A stretch of DNA of 64,000 nt from Octopus vulgaris (taxonomy: Eukaryota), in assembly GCA_951406725.2 (NCBI GenBank), contig OX597833.1:18414001-18478000 (forward strand), in the 5' to 3' direction. The position numbers and the translations under genes were made by a program. A model generated the notes under the pieces. The model made no database searches and was not told the origin of the DNA. It worked only from the letters and a program-made list of their open reading frames with translations. Shown here piece by piece: positions 42,101 through 57,418 of the stretch (position 1 is the first letter of the stretch; every line of letters starts with the position of its first letter).

Positions 42101-42238
42101 CTTCTCTCTGTGTTTACTTGTCCTGTTTTCCATTTTTTTATTGTTGTTTACGTATTTCATGTTATTAGCACCGCTGGTGACGCGTCCTGTTCCCATATTT
42201 GCATGTATATACCTACGTACATATATATATGTGACCGC

Positions 42239-42960
<722 letters not shown>

Positions 42961-43202
42961 AATGTATATATATATACATATATTTCATATATATATATGT
43001 ATGAAATTTTTAATTTAGTTCACGGACGTCCAGTTCTATCTTTGCGGACCACCAGGGGTCTGTGTAGCCAGGTAGGGAATCACTGATAGAAATGATGCTT
43101 GATGATTTTACGGACTCACGGGCATTTATTTCTTGGCTTACGATTTTCCTCCATACTTCTTTTCCCACTGCCGAACTTTTCCAAACATTTACACACACAT
43201 GG

Positions 43203-43634
<432 letters not shown>

Positions 43635-43641
43635 ACATACT

Positions 43642-43683
<42 letters not shown>

Positions 43684-43706
43684 CACACACATATATATAT
43701 ATATAC

Positions 43707-43759
<53 letters not shown>

Positions 43760-43917
43760 TATATACATATATATATATATACTTACATGTATATATATAT
43801 ATAATATATATGCATATATATATATATATATAAATATTAAAATTAAAATAACAATAAAATGTCAATGATTAAGTAAATTGCAAAAAATAATAATAATAAC
43901 GTATATAATAGGTAGAA

Positions 43918-44006
43918 TAACGACACGTGTTTCGTGGCTATATGTAAGAAATGATTATAGTAGTAGAGAAATCACTTCGATATAAATATAGTCACTCATT
44001 AGGTTA
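43918..44006 (-). ncRNA. Type I hammerhead motif with CUAAUGA core and long stem II
   Basis: TAAC-CTAATGA-GTGACTATAT...ATATAGCCAC-GAA-ACACGTGT-C-GTTA; GUC site. Confidence 0.7.
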
Positions 44007-44051
44007 AAAATAAAATAGAACAATAAAAGAAATTAATTAATAAATATACTT

Positions 44052-44090
<39 letters not shown>

Positions 44091-44443
44091 GATACTAACT
44101 TTACATAAGTGAAAAAAAATAATACTTAAAATATTAATTTCTTTAAAGTTAAATAAAATACACAAATCAAGTACAAGTCATTAAATTGTAATCAAAATAA
44201 GAAATGGTTCAAATATAGACAAACTCCTTAAATAAGCTAACCATATAATAAATACACATGTGTGGTATCTATAGATATAATATAACAATCTATAACTAAG
44301 TTGACTAAATATCAAATAATATAATACCTAATTAACTTAAAATTTAATATTACAAATACATAAGCCACCTAATAATAAAATAATATATTGTCTGACGAAA
44401 TTAATTCTTAAATCAGATTAAATGTAATACGTTAGATCCCTTC

Positions 44444-44984
<541 letters not shown>

Positions 44985-45777
44985 ATATATATATATATAT
45001 ATATATATTTAAAAAAATGAAAGAGATAAGAATTAATATCTATCGTAACTTATATCTATAAAGATATAATAGCGAGAATAATATGTCAATGGAAAGTAAG
45101 AAAACCTATCAACTCCAAAATTAAAGAAAGGTGCAAAATTATTAGAACCAAAGAACAATACACTATGAAGATGAACAATCACAATCACCAGTCCTCTACA
45201 AAACCAGTCAACAACAATAACAATAATAACAACGATCAAACTCAAAATAATAACAAGATCTAACTAATATTGATAAACAAACTAAATTACTAAGTTCAAC
45301 GATTATGTTAATCTATCTGGATTTTAAATGTATTAAAAATGTTTTAGCGTCTAATTAATCAACTCAATACGATTCCATTCATGAATAATATAATCAAAAA
45401 TTTGAAATAGTACAAATATACTCAAATCCATTATATAAACTAGTTATATTAATATCCATGTATAATATCTATAGATTTAATATATCACACGGTAAAAAAG
45501 TTAGACATAATCTTTATATTAAAAGAAAAACTTGTTTATTTTTAAATAATACTATTTAATGAAAATATTATCTAATTATTAAAAGAAATATAGTCTAACA
45601 ATATTAATTCTCAAATTAGATAATATGTAAAACGTTAAAATCTTTTATAACAATTAAAGGATAACATATTCAACATCGAACGTAAAAAATACTATCAAGA
45701 AACTATAAATAAATAATAATATTGCAACAACAATAATAATATCAACAATAATAATAATGATAATAATAATAATAATG

Positions 45778-45927
<150 letters not shown>

Positions 45928-46471
45928 GAGTGAGAGAGCAGTTCATGCCATCAAAGTGACACTGGGGTAAAAATATACGAAGCCCAATATACCCATCATG
46001 ACTACCCGTCTGATAAAGGTACACCAGGCACATGCATCACAACCATATGTGCGCGACATGGTGATCTCATATCAAGATAAACAGCACATGACCTTGCAGG
46101 TGGGGCCCAGTTAGAATTTTCTTCAGGTTGAGTAGCCCATCCCGCTCAAACGGTCCCTGAATAAGGGTTGTTTAAGGATGTTGAAAGGACCACCCATGTT
46201 TCCAGAGGTGAACTATTCAAACCCCAAAGAATCCCTCTCAACACATGGCTATGATGCTCCCCCACTACTTCTGCTCGTGATCAGAGATGCACATATCGTC
46301 AGCCACTAAGGGACATGCTCAACTGGTTAAGGTCAAACAACTGACAAGCAAATCTGTGGTATTGAGCAGAATATTTGCTGTAGCCCATCTTTTATACCAA
46401 GACAAAACAATGTACATGATAACACTTCCAATCAGTTAAGATCAGAAGCCATGAGAGCCACTGCCTGGTAC
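45928..46471 (-). mobile_element. Retroposon 3' segment embedded in (TAA)n, copy 1
   Basis: Shares its 3' end with copy 2 and is flanked by (ATT)n on both sides. Confidence 0.75.
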
Positions 46472-46504
<33 letters not shown>

Positions 46505-46557
46505 CATTATTATTATTATTATTATATTTTTTTTATTATTATTATTATTATTATTAC

Positions 46558-46594
<37 letters not shown>

Positions 46595-47000
46595 GAGTGA
46601 GAGAGCAGTGCATACCATCAGACTGACACTGGGGTACAGTTATACGAAGCCCAGTATACCCATCATGACTACCCGTCTGATAAGGGTACACTAGGCACAT
46701 GCATCACAATATATGTGCGCGACATGGTGATCTCATATCAAGATAAACAGCGCATGACCTTGCAGATGGGGCCCAGTTAGAATTTTCTTCAGGTCGAGTA
46801 ACCCATCCCACTCGAAAGGTCCCTGAATAAGGGTTGTTTAAGGATGTTGAACGAAACACCCATGTTTCCAGAGGTGAATTATTCAAACCCCAAAGAATCC
46901 CTCTCAACACATGGCTATGATGCTCCCCCACTACTTCTGCTCGTGATCAGAGATGCACATATCGTCAGCCACTAAGGGACATGCTCAACTGGTTAAAGTC

Positions 47001-47001
<1 letters not shown>
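46595..47001 (-). mobile_element. Retroposon 3' segment embedded in (TAA)n, copy 2 (more 5'-truncated)
   Basis: Highly similar to 45928-46335. Confidence 0.75.
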
Positions 47002-47054
<53 letters not shown>

Positions 47055-47077
47055 CATTATTATTATTATTATTATTA

Positions 47078-47118
<41 letters not shown>

Positions 47119-47120
<2 letters not shown>

Positions 47121-47540
47121 GGCGGTGAACCAGCAGAACTGTTAGCACGCCTGGAAAAATGCTTAGCGGCATTTCGTCCGTGTTTACGTTCTGAGTTCAA
47201 ATTTTGCTGAGGTCGACTATGCCTTTCATCCTTTCGTGATCGATAAATTAAGTATCCGTGAAAACATTGGGGTCGATGTAATCGACTAGTCCCCTACCCC
47301 CAAATTTCAGACCTTGTGTCTATAGTGGAAAGGATTATTATTATCATTAAGGCGGCGAGCTGGCAGAATCGTTAGCGCGCCGGACGAAGTACTTAGCGTT
47401 GTTTTGCCCGTTGCTACGTTCTGAGTTCAAATTCTGCCGTGCTCGACTTTACCTTTCATCCTTTCGGGATCGATAAAGTAAGTACCAGTTAAACACTGGG
47501 ATCGATGCAATTGAAACATCCCCTCCCACACAAAAAATTG
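47119..47540 (+). mobile_element. Two tandem SINE B copies after (ATT)n
   Basis: Head and core each occur twice. Confidence 0.85.
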
Positions 47541-47623
47541 CTGAACTGTTATTATTATTATGACCGTCGGTGGGCTCACAGAATTGTTAGTACGCCAGAA
47601 TTGATAAAAAGTGGGGGTTTTTT

Positions 47624-47665
<42 letters not shown>

Positions 47666-47679
47666 TCTCTTTTTACTCG

Positions 47680-48081
47680 CTCTTTACTCTTTTACTTGTT
47701 TCAGTCATTTGACTGCGGCCATGCTGGAGCACCGCCTTTAGTCGAGCAAATCGACCCCGGGACCTTATTCTTTGTAAGCCCAGTACTTATTCTATCGGTC
47801 TCTTTTGCCGAACCGCTAAGTGACGGGGACGTAAACACGCCAGCATCGGTTGTCAAGCAATGCTAGGGGGGACAAACACATACACACAAACATATACACA
47901 CATATACATATACATATATACGACAGGCTTCTTTCAGTTTCCGTCTACCAAATCCACTCACAAGGCTTTGGTCGGCCCGAGGCTATAGCAGAAGACACTT
48001 GCCCAATATGCCACGCAGTGGGACTGAACCCGGAACCATGTGGTTGGTAGACAGGCTACTTACCACACAGCCACTCCTGCG
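47680..48081 (-). mobile_element. SINE family A (a further head at 48585-48747)
   Basis: Matches the other copies. Confidence 0.9.
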
Positions 48082-48127
48082 ATTTTTTTCCCTCTGTCTT
48101 CCCTTCTCTGGATCTTTCCTTCTCCTA

Positions 48128-48164
48128 TGTTTCCGACGAAGAGCTCCGCTCGAAACGTTAACCC
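48128..48164 (+). ncRNA. Minimal hammerhead variant (CCGACGA), weakened stem I
   Basis: As at 42300, with stem II GAGC/GCTC. Confidence 0.55.
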
Positions 48165-48271
48165 CTCCTTCTTTCCTTCTTTCCTGAGCGTCCAGTGAAA
48201 TTTGATTTAGTATTTCTAAATTGAATTTTTTTCCCCAGTAAGTTTGTATTTATATTCCTTCAAATAATAAT

Positions 48272-48343
<72 letters not shown>

Positions 48344-48436
48344 ATCCAAACAAGAAAGCACAAAAAAGCACAACAACGCGAGGACGTGGGACAAATATAG
48401 TATTATTGGACGCTCAGGAAAGAAGGAAAGAAGGAG

Positions 48437-48473
48437 GGGTTAACGTTTCGAGCGGAGCTCTTCGTCGGAAACA
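48437..48473 (-). ncRNA. Minimal hammerhead variant (CCGACGA), inverted twin of 48128
   Basis: Exact reverse complement. Confidence 0.55.
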
Positions 48474-48534
48474 TAGGAGAAGGAAAGATCCAGAGAAGGG
48501 AAGACAGAGGGAAAAAAATCGCCAACGGTACACA

Positions 48535-48586
<52 letters not shown>

Positions 48587-49179
48587 GACGAGCTTCTTTC
48601 AGTTTCCCCTCTACCAAATCCACTCACAAAGCTTTGGTCTGCCCCCGAGGCTATAGTAGAAGCCACTTGCCCTAGGTGCCACGCAGTGGGACTGAACCTG
48701 GAACCATGTGGTTGGTAAGCAAGCTACTTACCACACAGCTACTCCTGATAAAATTGTGAAGTTTGGCAAACAAAAACTTTATCAAAACTACCGTTTTATT
48801 TTTTAAAGAATTAATCTGGTGAAAATTTGAAACACTTCAAGTTGTTGTAAGAAATTTTACAAGATCGAAACAATTTACCGAATGTGTCCCTTCATTTGCA
48901 AGTAGAGAGTGATTTGGAGGAGGGGAGATTTTGCTTCTATTTCTAGCAGTTTGAGTGACTCCATTGCTTTGCTGGTATGTGAAACGCTATGGTGGAATGT
49001 ATAAATGACATTAATGATCAACATTGCCTCCTATCACCGCCACCCATCGTCATACCCAATACTTAACCTAAATTATTCGTTCGCTTGGAAGTGAAAGTGA
49101 TTTGGTAAATACACGCTGTTTGTGTAATGTCGTGTTTTAAAGATAGGCGTTTAGTGGAGGCAGTTGTGGTCACGAGTTG

Positions 49180-49840
49180 ATGGTGGGGGCGCTTACTGGC
49201 GGCAGTGGCGGTGGTGGTAGTGGTGGTGGTGGTGATGGTGGTGGTGGTAGTAGTGGTGGTGGTAGTGGTGATGTTGTTGCTGTTGCTGGTGCTGGTGCTG
49301 GTTTTGGCCGATGTTGTCGTCGTCGTGATGGTGGTGGTGGTGGTGGTTTGGTGGTGGGTGGTGGCTGGTGGCGGTGGTGCTGGTGGTGGTGGTGGTAGTG
49401 ATGGTGGTGGTACTGGTTGCAGTATTGGTGGTGGTGGTGGTTGTAGTGGTGGTCGTCATGATGGTTGTGGTTGTGATGGTACTGGTTGTAGTACTGGTGG
49501 TGGTAGAGGTAGCGGTGGTGATAGTGTTAGTGGTAATGGTCTTGTTGTTTTTGGTGGTGGTGGTGGTGGTGGTGGTGGTGGTGGTGGTGGTAGTGGCGGT
49601 GGTAGTAGTGATGATGGTGGTACTGGTTGTAGTATTGGTGTAGAAGTAGCGGTGGTGATGGTGTTAGTGGTGGTGGTGGAGGTGGTGGTTCTGGGTGGCA
49701 GTAGATGTATTGGTGGTAGTAGTGGTGGCAATGATGATGATGAGGATAATGATGTTGATGATGATGACGGTGGAGACATCGATGGTGCTGGTGGTGCCGC
49801 TGGTGGCGGTGCTGGTGGTGGTGCTGGTGCTGGTCGGTGG
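49180..49840. repeat. Degenerate (GGT)n array
   Basis: Directly visible. Confidence 0.9.
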
Positions 49841-50199
49841 CCGTCCGTTATGCTTTGGGGGTTTAGCATCTACAACGATAAGAGACCCTAATATTATCAA
49901 AGTTACAAACCACCCCAATCACCATCTTTTCACTTGACTTAACACATCACAACCCTTCCTCTCCGCGCTCCCACCCGCAACAATACCCCTCTATAGAAAA
50001 AAAAAAAAAAAGAGAAAAAATAAATTAAATGAAATAAAACAAAATTTGATAAAAATATCACCAAAATTCTTCATCAGCCAAAACAAATTTTACCGCACAA
50101 TTTAACAGCCCACCCCGCTCCGCCATGGCCCCCACCCTCTTTCCATTTTATTTTATTTTTATTCTTCTATTTTCATAAACTGATACTGATTGTTTTGTC

Positions 50200-50808
50200 T
50201 CCGTTTACTTCTTCTTTTTCTTCTTCTTCTTCTTTTTCTTCTTCTTCTTCGTCTTCTTCTTCTTCTTCTTCTTCTTCTTCTTCTTCTTCTTCTTCTTCTT
50301 CTTCTTCTTCTTCTTCTTCTTCTTCTTCTTCGCTCTTTTTCTCATTCTTCTTCTTCTTCTTCTTCTTCTTCTTCTTCTTCTTCGCTCTTCTTCTCATTCT
50401 TCTTTTTCTTTGCTCTTCTCTCATTCTTCTTTTTCTTCTTTGTTCTTCACCTTTTTCTTCTTGTTTGCTCTCCTTCTTCTTCGCTCTTCTACTCAGTCTT
50501 CTTTTCCTTCTTCTTCTTCCATCTTCTTCCCATTCTTCTTTTTCTTCTTCTTTGATTATCTCATTCTTCTTATTCTTTTTCTTTGTTCTTCTTTTACTTC
50601 TTGTTCTTGTTCTAGTTCTTGTTCTTCTTCTTCTAGTTCTTTTGCTTGATGTTCTTCTCTTTCTTCTCTTCAACTTCTTCCTCCCCTCCTTTTTCTTCTC
50701 CTTTTTATTTTTCTTATCTTCCTCCTCTTTCTTTCTTCATTGTCTTCACCATGACTACTACTACTACTGCTGCTACTGCTGCTGCTGCTGCTGCTGCTGC
50801 TACATCGC

Positions 50809-50843
<35 letters not shown>

Positions 50844-50850
50844 CCATCAC
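50200..50850. repeat. (TTC)n grading into (CTA)/(CTG)/(ATC)n
   Basis: Directly visible. Confidence 0.9.
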
Positions 50851-51889
50851 CGTTTCCTTTTCCTAATCCTTCTACCTCCTCCACGTCCTCCTCCTCCTGT
50901 CACTCTCCTTTCCACCCCAATCAATCCAGCTACCAAAGCAACCATCCCAACAACATACCCAACCAGCCAGCCAACCAACCAACCAGCCAACCACCCTACC
51001 AGCCCACCAACCCATCAACCCACCAACCAGCCACTGAAGCCAAGTATCATTGTGCCCCGTCGACCTCACTCTCCTCGCTGTCATTACGTATCTCACCTTA
51101 TCAGACCGACAACCAGTTATGAGGGGATCCAGCGAAGCGTGTTCAAATTAGGAGCATGACTAACTGCTTCCACTAGATATTTGACTCGGGTATCAAATAG
51201 TGCTTGTCGATGTGTGTGTGTATGTATGTATGTATGTATGTATGTATGCATGCATGCATGTATGTGTGTATGTGTTTATGTATTTATGTGTGTTTATGTA
51301 TGTGTGTGTAGGTATGTATGTGTTTGTGTGTGTATATATATGTGTGTGTGTATGTGTGTGTGCATGTATGTATGTATGTATGTATGTATGTATGTATGTA
51401 TGTATGTATGTATGTATGTATGTATGTATGTATGCATGCATGTATGTATGTGTGTGAGTTTATGTATGTGTGTATGTATGTATGTGTTTATGTATGTGTA
51501 TGTGTGTAAGTATGTATGCATGTATGTGTGTATGTATGTATTTTTATGTATGTGTGTGTATATATGTATGTGTATATGTATGAATGAATTCTTTTTCTTC
51601 ATATTAGTATTTTTTTCTGGAAGGAGGGAGTTATTTCCTCACAAAAACAAAAGAAAAACCAAGGTACCATCGCTGGAATTTGGATAACCACAGCGGTAAT
51701 TGTTACATATTGAACATCAAGAAAGTTGCGGATATTTTTACTCATCCATTTACAAATTGTATCTGTAAAGTTCGTGTTAATTGGTTTCTTTATTTACTTG
51801 AAAATTTTAGCTCTCCCAGTTTGTGGCTTAAGCAGGTAGAAAAGTACCCAAGTGCAAAAATGACTATTTATACGAATTTTTTTTTTTTT

Positions 51890-52107
51890 TTACTTGTTTC
51901 AGTCATTTTGACTGCGGCCATGCTGGAGCACCGCCTTTAGTCGAGCAAATCGACCCCGGGACTTATTCTTTGTAAGCCCATTGCTTATTCTATCGGTCTA
52001 TTTTGCCGAACCGCTAAGTGATGGGGACATAAACACACAAGCATCGGTTGTCAAGCAATGCTAGGGGGACAAACACAGACACACAAACACAAACACACAT
52101 ATACATG

Positions 52108-52169
<62 letters not shown>

Positions 52170-52339
52170 TATATACGACAGGCTTCTTTCAGTTTCCGTC
52201 TACCAAATCCACTCACAAGGCATTGGTCGACCCGGGGCTATAGCAGAAGACACTTGCCCAAGATGCCACGCAGTGGGACTGAACCCGGAACCATGTGGTT
52301 GGTTAGCAAGCTACTTACCACACAGCCACTCCTGCGCCT
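51890..52339 (-). mobile_element. SINE family A
   Basis: Matches the other copies. Confidence 0.92.
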
Positions 52340-52560
52340 ATGTAAATTTAAAAGCAGAGTAAAGGAGTAGCAGATCTCGAAGCAGTTTTTCCATAAATAT
52401 TATCCTTGTCACTGATTTTGGAAGAGATGTTCACATCTTCAGGACAATTAATCTCTCTGACCGTAGTGTCTCTTTCTAATCCAGGCCGGAGGACACAACC
52501 AGTGGATTTTCGTCGAAGAAATGACATGGGTCTTGAGGTCAAATAAAAGAGAAGCACAGA

Positions 52561-52937
52561 TAGGCGCAGGAGTGGCTGTGTGGTAAGTAGCTTACTTACC
52601 AACCACATGGTTCCTGGTTCAGTCCCACTGCGTGGCACCTTGGGCAAGTATCTTCTACTATAGCCTCGGGCCGACCAAAAGATTTGGTAGACGGAAACTG
52701 AAAGAAGCCCGTCGTATATATGCATATATGTGTGTCTTTGTGTGTGTGTATTTCTCCTCCCAACATCGCTTGACATCCGATGGTGGTGTGCTTACGTCCC
52801 CGTAACTTAGCGGTTCGGCAAAAGAGACCGATAGAATAAGTACTAGACGTCCAAAGAATAAGTCCTGGGGTCGATTTGCTCGACTAAAGGCGCTGCTCCA
52901 GCATAGCCGCAGTCAAATGACTGAAACAAGTAAAAGA

Positions 52938-52946
<9 letters not shown>
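52561..52946 (+). mobile_element. SINE family A
   Basis: Matches the other copies. Confidence 0.92.
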
Positions 52947-52973
<27 letters not shown>

Positions 52974-52974
52974 C

Positions 52975-53420
52975 ACGTTTCCTTCCCGTCCTAAATAACT
53001 ATGTCGGATCTATTATGTTTGCACTTGGTAGAAGTTTTGAAAGGGAACGTTCCACCAATATTATTTATACTGATATGTGTGTAAGTATATATTCTATAGC
53101 AGCGGTGTTATTTACAGTTATCCTTCGTTTGTCTTTTCTGTAGATGGCGTTGTATGTTGTTTTAGAAACAACACCAAGACACAGTGGGAGGTAGTACCTC
53201 GATGATATTTTTCGACAGCTGTTGATTACAAGTGTTATGTCTTCCACAGAAAAAGAAACATAATTGACTCTTCCGGTTTCATCTAGGGATTTTAAGGGCT
53301 TCGATACCCCCATTTGTTCGTGGGGTATTTTGTAACTGTCTCCTACTCCAGGTTTGCAATGTGTAGTTTCAAGATGTGACATGATGCAGCCACGAGCTCA
53401 GAAGAAGCTACATTTCATAT
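52975..53420 (-). pseudogene. R4/Dong-like LINE zinc-knuckle region relic
   Basis: SVEDITLVINSCRKISSRYYLPL..VVSKTTYN. Confidence 0.6.
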
Positions 53421-53439
53421 TAACATTATCCCCCGTTTG

Positions 53440-54058
53440 AAGGCGGTGAGCTGGCAGAAACGTTAGCACGCCGGGTGATATGCTTAGCGGTGTTTCGTTT
53501 GTCTTTACGTTCTGGGTTCCAATTCCGCCGAGGTCGACTTTGCCTTTCATCATTTCGGGGCCGATGAATAAAGTATCAGTTACGCACTGGGGTCGATATA
53601 ATTGACTTAATCCCTTTGTCTGTACTTGTTTGTCCTCTATGTGTTTAGCCCCTTGTGGGTAGTAAAGAAATAGGTATTTCGTCTGTCTTTATATTCTGAG
53701 TTCAAATTCCTCTGAGGTCGACTTTGCCTTTCATCCTCTCAGGGTCGATAAATTAAGTACCAGTTACGCACTGGGGTCGATGTAATCGACTTAATCCCTT
53801 TGTCTGTCCTTGTTTGTCCCCTCTATGTTTAGCCTCTTGTGGGCAATAAAGAAATAAGAAACGTTAGCACGCCGGGTGAAATGCTTAGTGGTATTTCGTC
53901 TGTCTTTATGTTCTGAGTTCAAATTCCGCCGAGGTCGACTTTGCCTTTCATCCTTTTGGGATCGATAAATTAATTACCAGTTACGTACTGGGGTCGATCT
54001 AATCGACTGCCTCACTCCGCAAACGTTTCGGGACTTGTGTCTAGAGTAGAAAAGAATA
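53440..54058 (+). mobile_element. SINE B trimer (an older copy follows, to ~54290)
   Basis: Three cores: two with the alternative tail and the last with the standard tail. Confidence 0.9.
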
Positions 54059-54321
54059 TTATCCCCCATTTGGTGAACTGGCAGAAGGAGGCAACGTTAG
54101 CATGCCGAGGAAAATGCTTATCGGCATTTCGTCCGTTTTTACGTTTGAATTCAAATTCTGCCGATGTTGATTTTGTCTTTTATCCTCTCGGGGTCGATAA
54201 AACAAGTACCAGTTAAACACTGGGGTCGATGTAATCGACGTACTCCCTCCCCCAAAAATTGCTGACCGTATGTCAAAATTTGAAACCAGTATAACCCCAC
54301 TTTCGTAGTTTACGGAAAACA

Positions 54322-54735
54322 CTCTTACTTTTTTACTTTTATCAGTCATTTGATCGTGGCCATGCTTGAGCCCCGCCTTTAGTAGAGCAAATCGATCCCA
54401 GAACTCATTCTTTGTTAGCCTAGTACTTATTCTAACGGTCTTTTGCCGAACCGCTAGGTTACAGGGACGTAAACACACCAGCATCGGCTGTCAAGTGATG
54501 TTGGGGGGACAAACACAGACACACAAACATATATACACATACATACATACACACACACAAACACACACACATATACGACGGGCTTCTTTCAGTTTCTGTC
54601 TACAAAATACACTCACAAGGCTTTGGTCGGCCCGAGGCTACAGTAGAAGGCACTTTCCCAAGGTGCCACGCAGTGGGACTGAACCCGGAACCATGTTGTT
54701 GGTAAGCAAGCTGCTTACCACACAGCGACTCCTGA
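54322..54735 (-). mobile_element. SINE family A
   Basis: Matches the other copies. Confidence 0.9.
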
Positions 54736-54737
54736 GC

Positions 54738-54872
<135 letters not shown>

Positions 54873-56139
54873 TATAGAGAAAACGCACACACACTGTCTC
54901 ACACACGTACATACTGCGTTCGTGGCTGCAGTAAACTGACGAAAATAATTTGTCGATAGCGTCAATATTGTACTTTTGTATAGGATGTTATCATGTTATC
55001 AACAGCAATAAGAAACTGAAAAACAAACGTAAAACAAAACAAAAATAGTAATAATAAATAAACAACGTAAAATAACGTAAAAATGAGAAATGAAAACCAT
55101 GTGAAGAAGAACATTTAATTTTAACGAAATAATTTCAATTAAATGTTGTCCCCGAATGTTCATTTAAGCAACTTTCAGGGCCAGTATATTTGGCTGTGCT
55201 TCAAATATTTTCAACGATGCAGAAACTTTTCTCTAAGCCGACGGTAAACCGCAAACACTTAATTAATTGGTTGATAAGACAATTATTTTGAGATGATAAG
55301 GCAATAAACTGCTATAATGGGCATAGCCGGCGAGAGCAAATGTAAACCAACTTGAATTCTTTATCAAAATTACATTTATTTCTTTTTCTACCAGATGTCA
55401 ACTGTTTTGTATACGTAATTGCCGAAATCACCCGGAACATTCGGTAAAACACAAACTATAATTATATTACAGTGAATTTAATTGAACCAAATAATTTATT
55501 TAAACCCATTTTACTTGCAGTGTTCGTGACTTGGCCATTTTCTGTCTCTGCTTTATACATCTTCGAGACTTTGGGGGTAGGTTCATACTTGTTATGATTC
55601 CACTGCTTTTTGGGGGGGTTTTTGGGGGGGGGTCACGTTTTTGTAAAGTTTCTCAGAGGTTTGTTGAACTCATCAACATTTTTAGTTATAGCTTCTTTGA
55701 AAGTAAAAGAAAAAGAAGAACTGTGGGGAAATAGACCAAAGTTTTGAGATATATTAAAGAGTTTGGGATTGCTTCTCTCTCTCTCTCTCTCTCTCTTTCT
55801 TTCCTTCTCCCTCCTCCACGCATACAGACACTTATACACTGAAAGACACACACACATGTACACTCACACATACACACACATACATTTTCATTATTTTATT
55901 CTTAAGCCGTACCACCCATAAACCCACTGACCCGGTTTCCATGGCGTATAAGTGACCGAGAACACATTTCCTTATGAAAGGGATGTCGGTCTGTTATAGG
56001 GTTCAAATCCAGAAATTTAAAGGCGGGTGAGTAGATCGATTACATCAACATCAGTACTCGACTGGCACATTATCTTATCGACCCCGAAGGAATCAAAGGT
56101 AAAGTTGACCTTGGCAAGATTTGAACTCAGAACGTGAAG

Positions 56140-56518
56140 ATTCTTTTCTACCCTAAGCACAAGGCCCGAAATTTTGGGGGAGGGGGCCAGTCGATTAGAT
56201 CGACTCCAGTACGCAACTGGTACTTAATTTATTGACCCCGAAAGGATGAAAGGCAAAGTCGACCTCGGAGCAATTTGAACTCAGAACGTAAGACAGACGA
56301 AATACCTATTTCTTTACTACCCAGGAGGGGCTGAACACAGAGAGGACAAACAAGGACAGACAAACGGATAAAGTCGATTATATCGACCTCAGTGCGTAAC
56401 TGGTACTTATTTAATCGACCCCGAATGGATGAAAGACAAAGTCGACCTCGGCGGAATTTGAACTCAGAACGTAGCGGCAGCCGAAATACGGCTACGCATT
56501 TCTGCCAGCTCGCCGCCT
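56140..56518 (-). mobile_element. SINE B dimer
   Basis: Same layout as 4067-4472. Confidence 0.88.
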
Positions 56519-56930
56519 TTATTTACGCACACATAACAACACATAGTTACATACATACAAATTAACATGCGCACACATTGATTTCAAAATCTGTCACAAC
56601 GCCAGCAATTTTAGGGGAGGGTGTAAGTCAATTACATCGACCCCAGTGTTCAACTGGTACCAATTTTACCGATCCTGAAAGGATGAAAGGCACACACACA
56701 CACGCACACTCATATCGGCGGGCTCCTTTCAGCTTCTGGCTACCAAATCCACTCACAGGTCTTCGGTCGGTCGAGGGCTATGACAGAAGACATTCTCCCA
56801 AGGTGCCACAATATATATATATCACCGTGAACGACGAAGCCATCAGATGTTGCTACACATCGCTGGTCACAATGTGCTTCGCATTGCTTTAGCCCTCAAA
56901 TGACGCCACCCCACTGGCTAATCGAGCAAG

Positions 56931-57023
<93 letters not shown>

Positions 57024-57025
57024 TA

Positions 57026-57418
57026 TTCTTTTACTCTTTTGTTTCAGTTGACTGCATCCATGCTGGAGCACCGCCTTAGAGGGGGCTTTAGTCTAAGAAA
57101 TCGAGCCCTGGACTTATTCTTTCTAAGTCTACTACTTATTCCATCGGTCTCTTTCGCTGAACCGCTAAGTTACGGGGAACGTAAGTACACCAAGACCGGT
57201 TGTCAAGCGGCGATGGGTGGGGGTACAAAGACAGACTTAAAGACACATACACAAATATATACATATACAACGGGCTTCTTTCAGTTTCCGTCTACCAAAT
57301 CCACTCACAAGGCTTTGGTCGGCCTGAGGTAATAGTGGAAGACGCCCAAGGTGCGACGCAGTGGGACTGAACCCGGAACCATTTGGTTGTGAAGCAAGCT
57401 TTTTACCACACAACCACA
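57026..57418 (-). mobile_element. Diverged SINE family A
   Basis: Matches the other copies. Confidence 0.85.
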
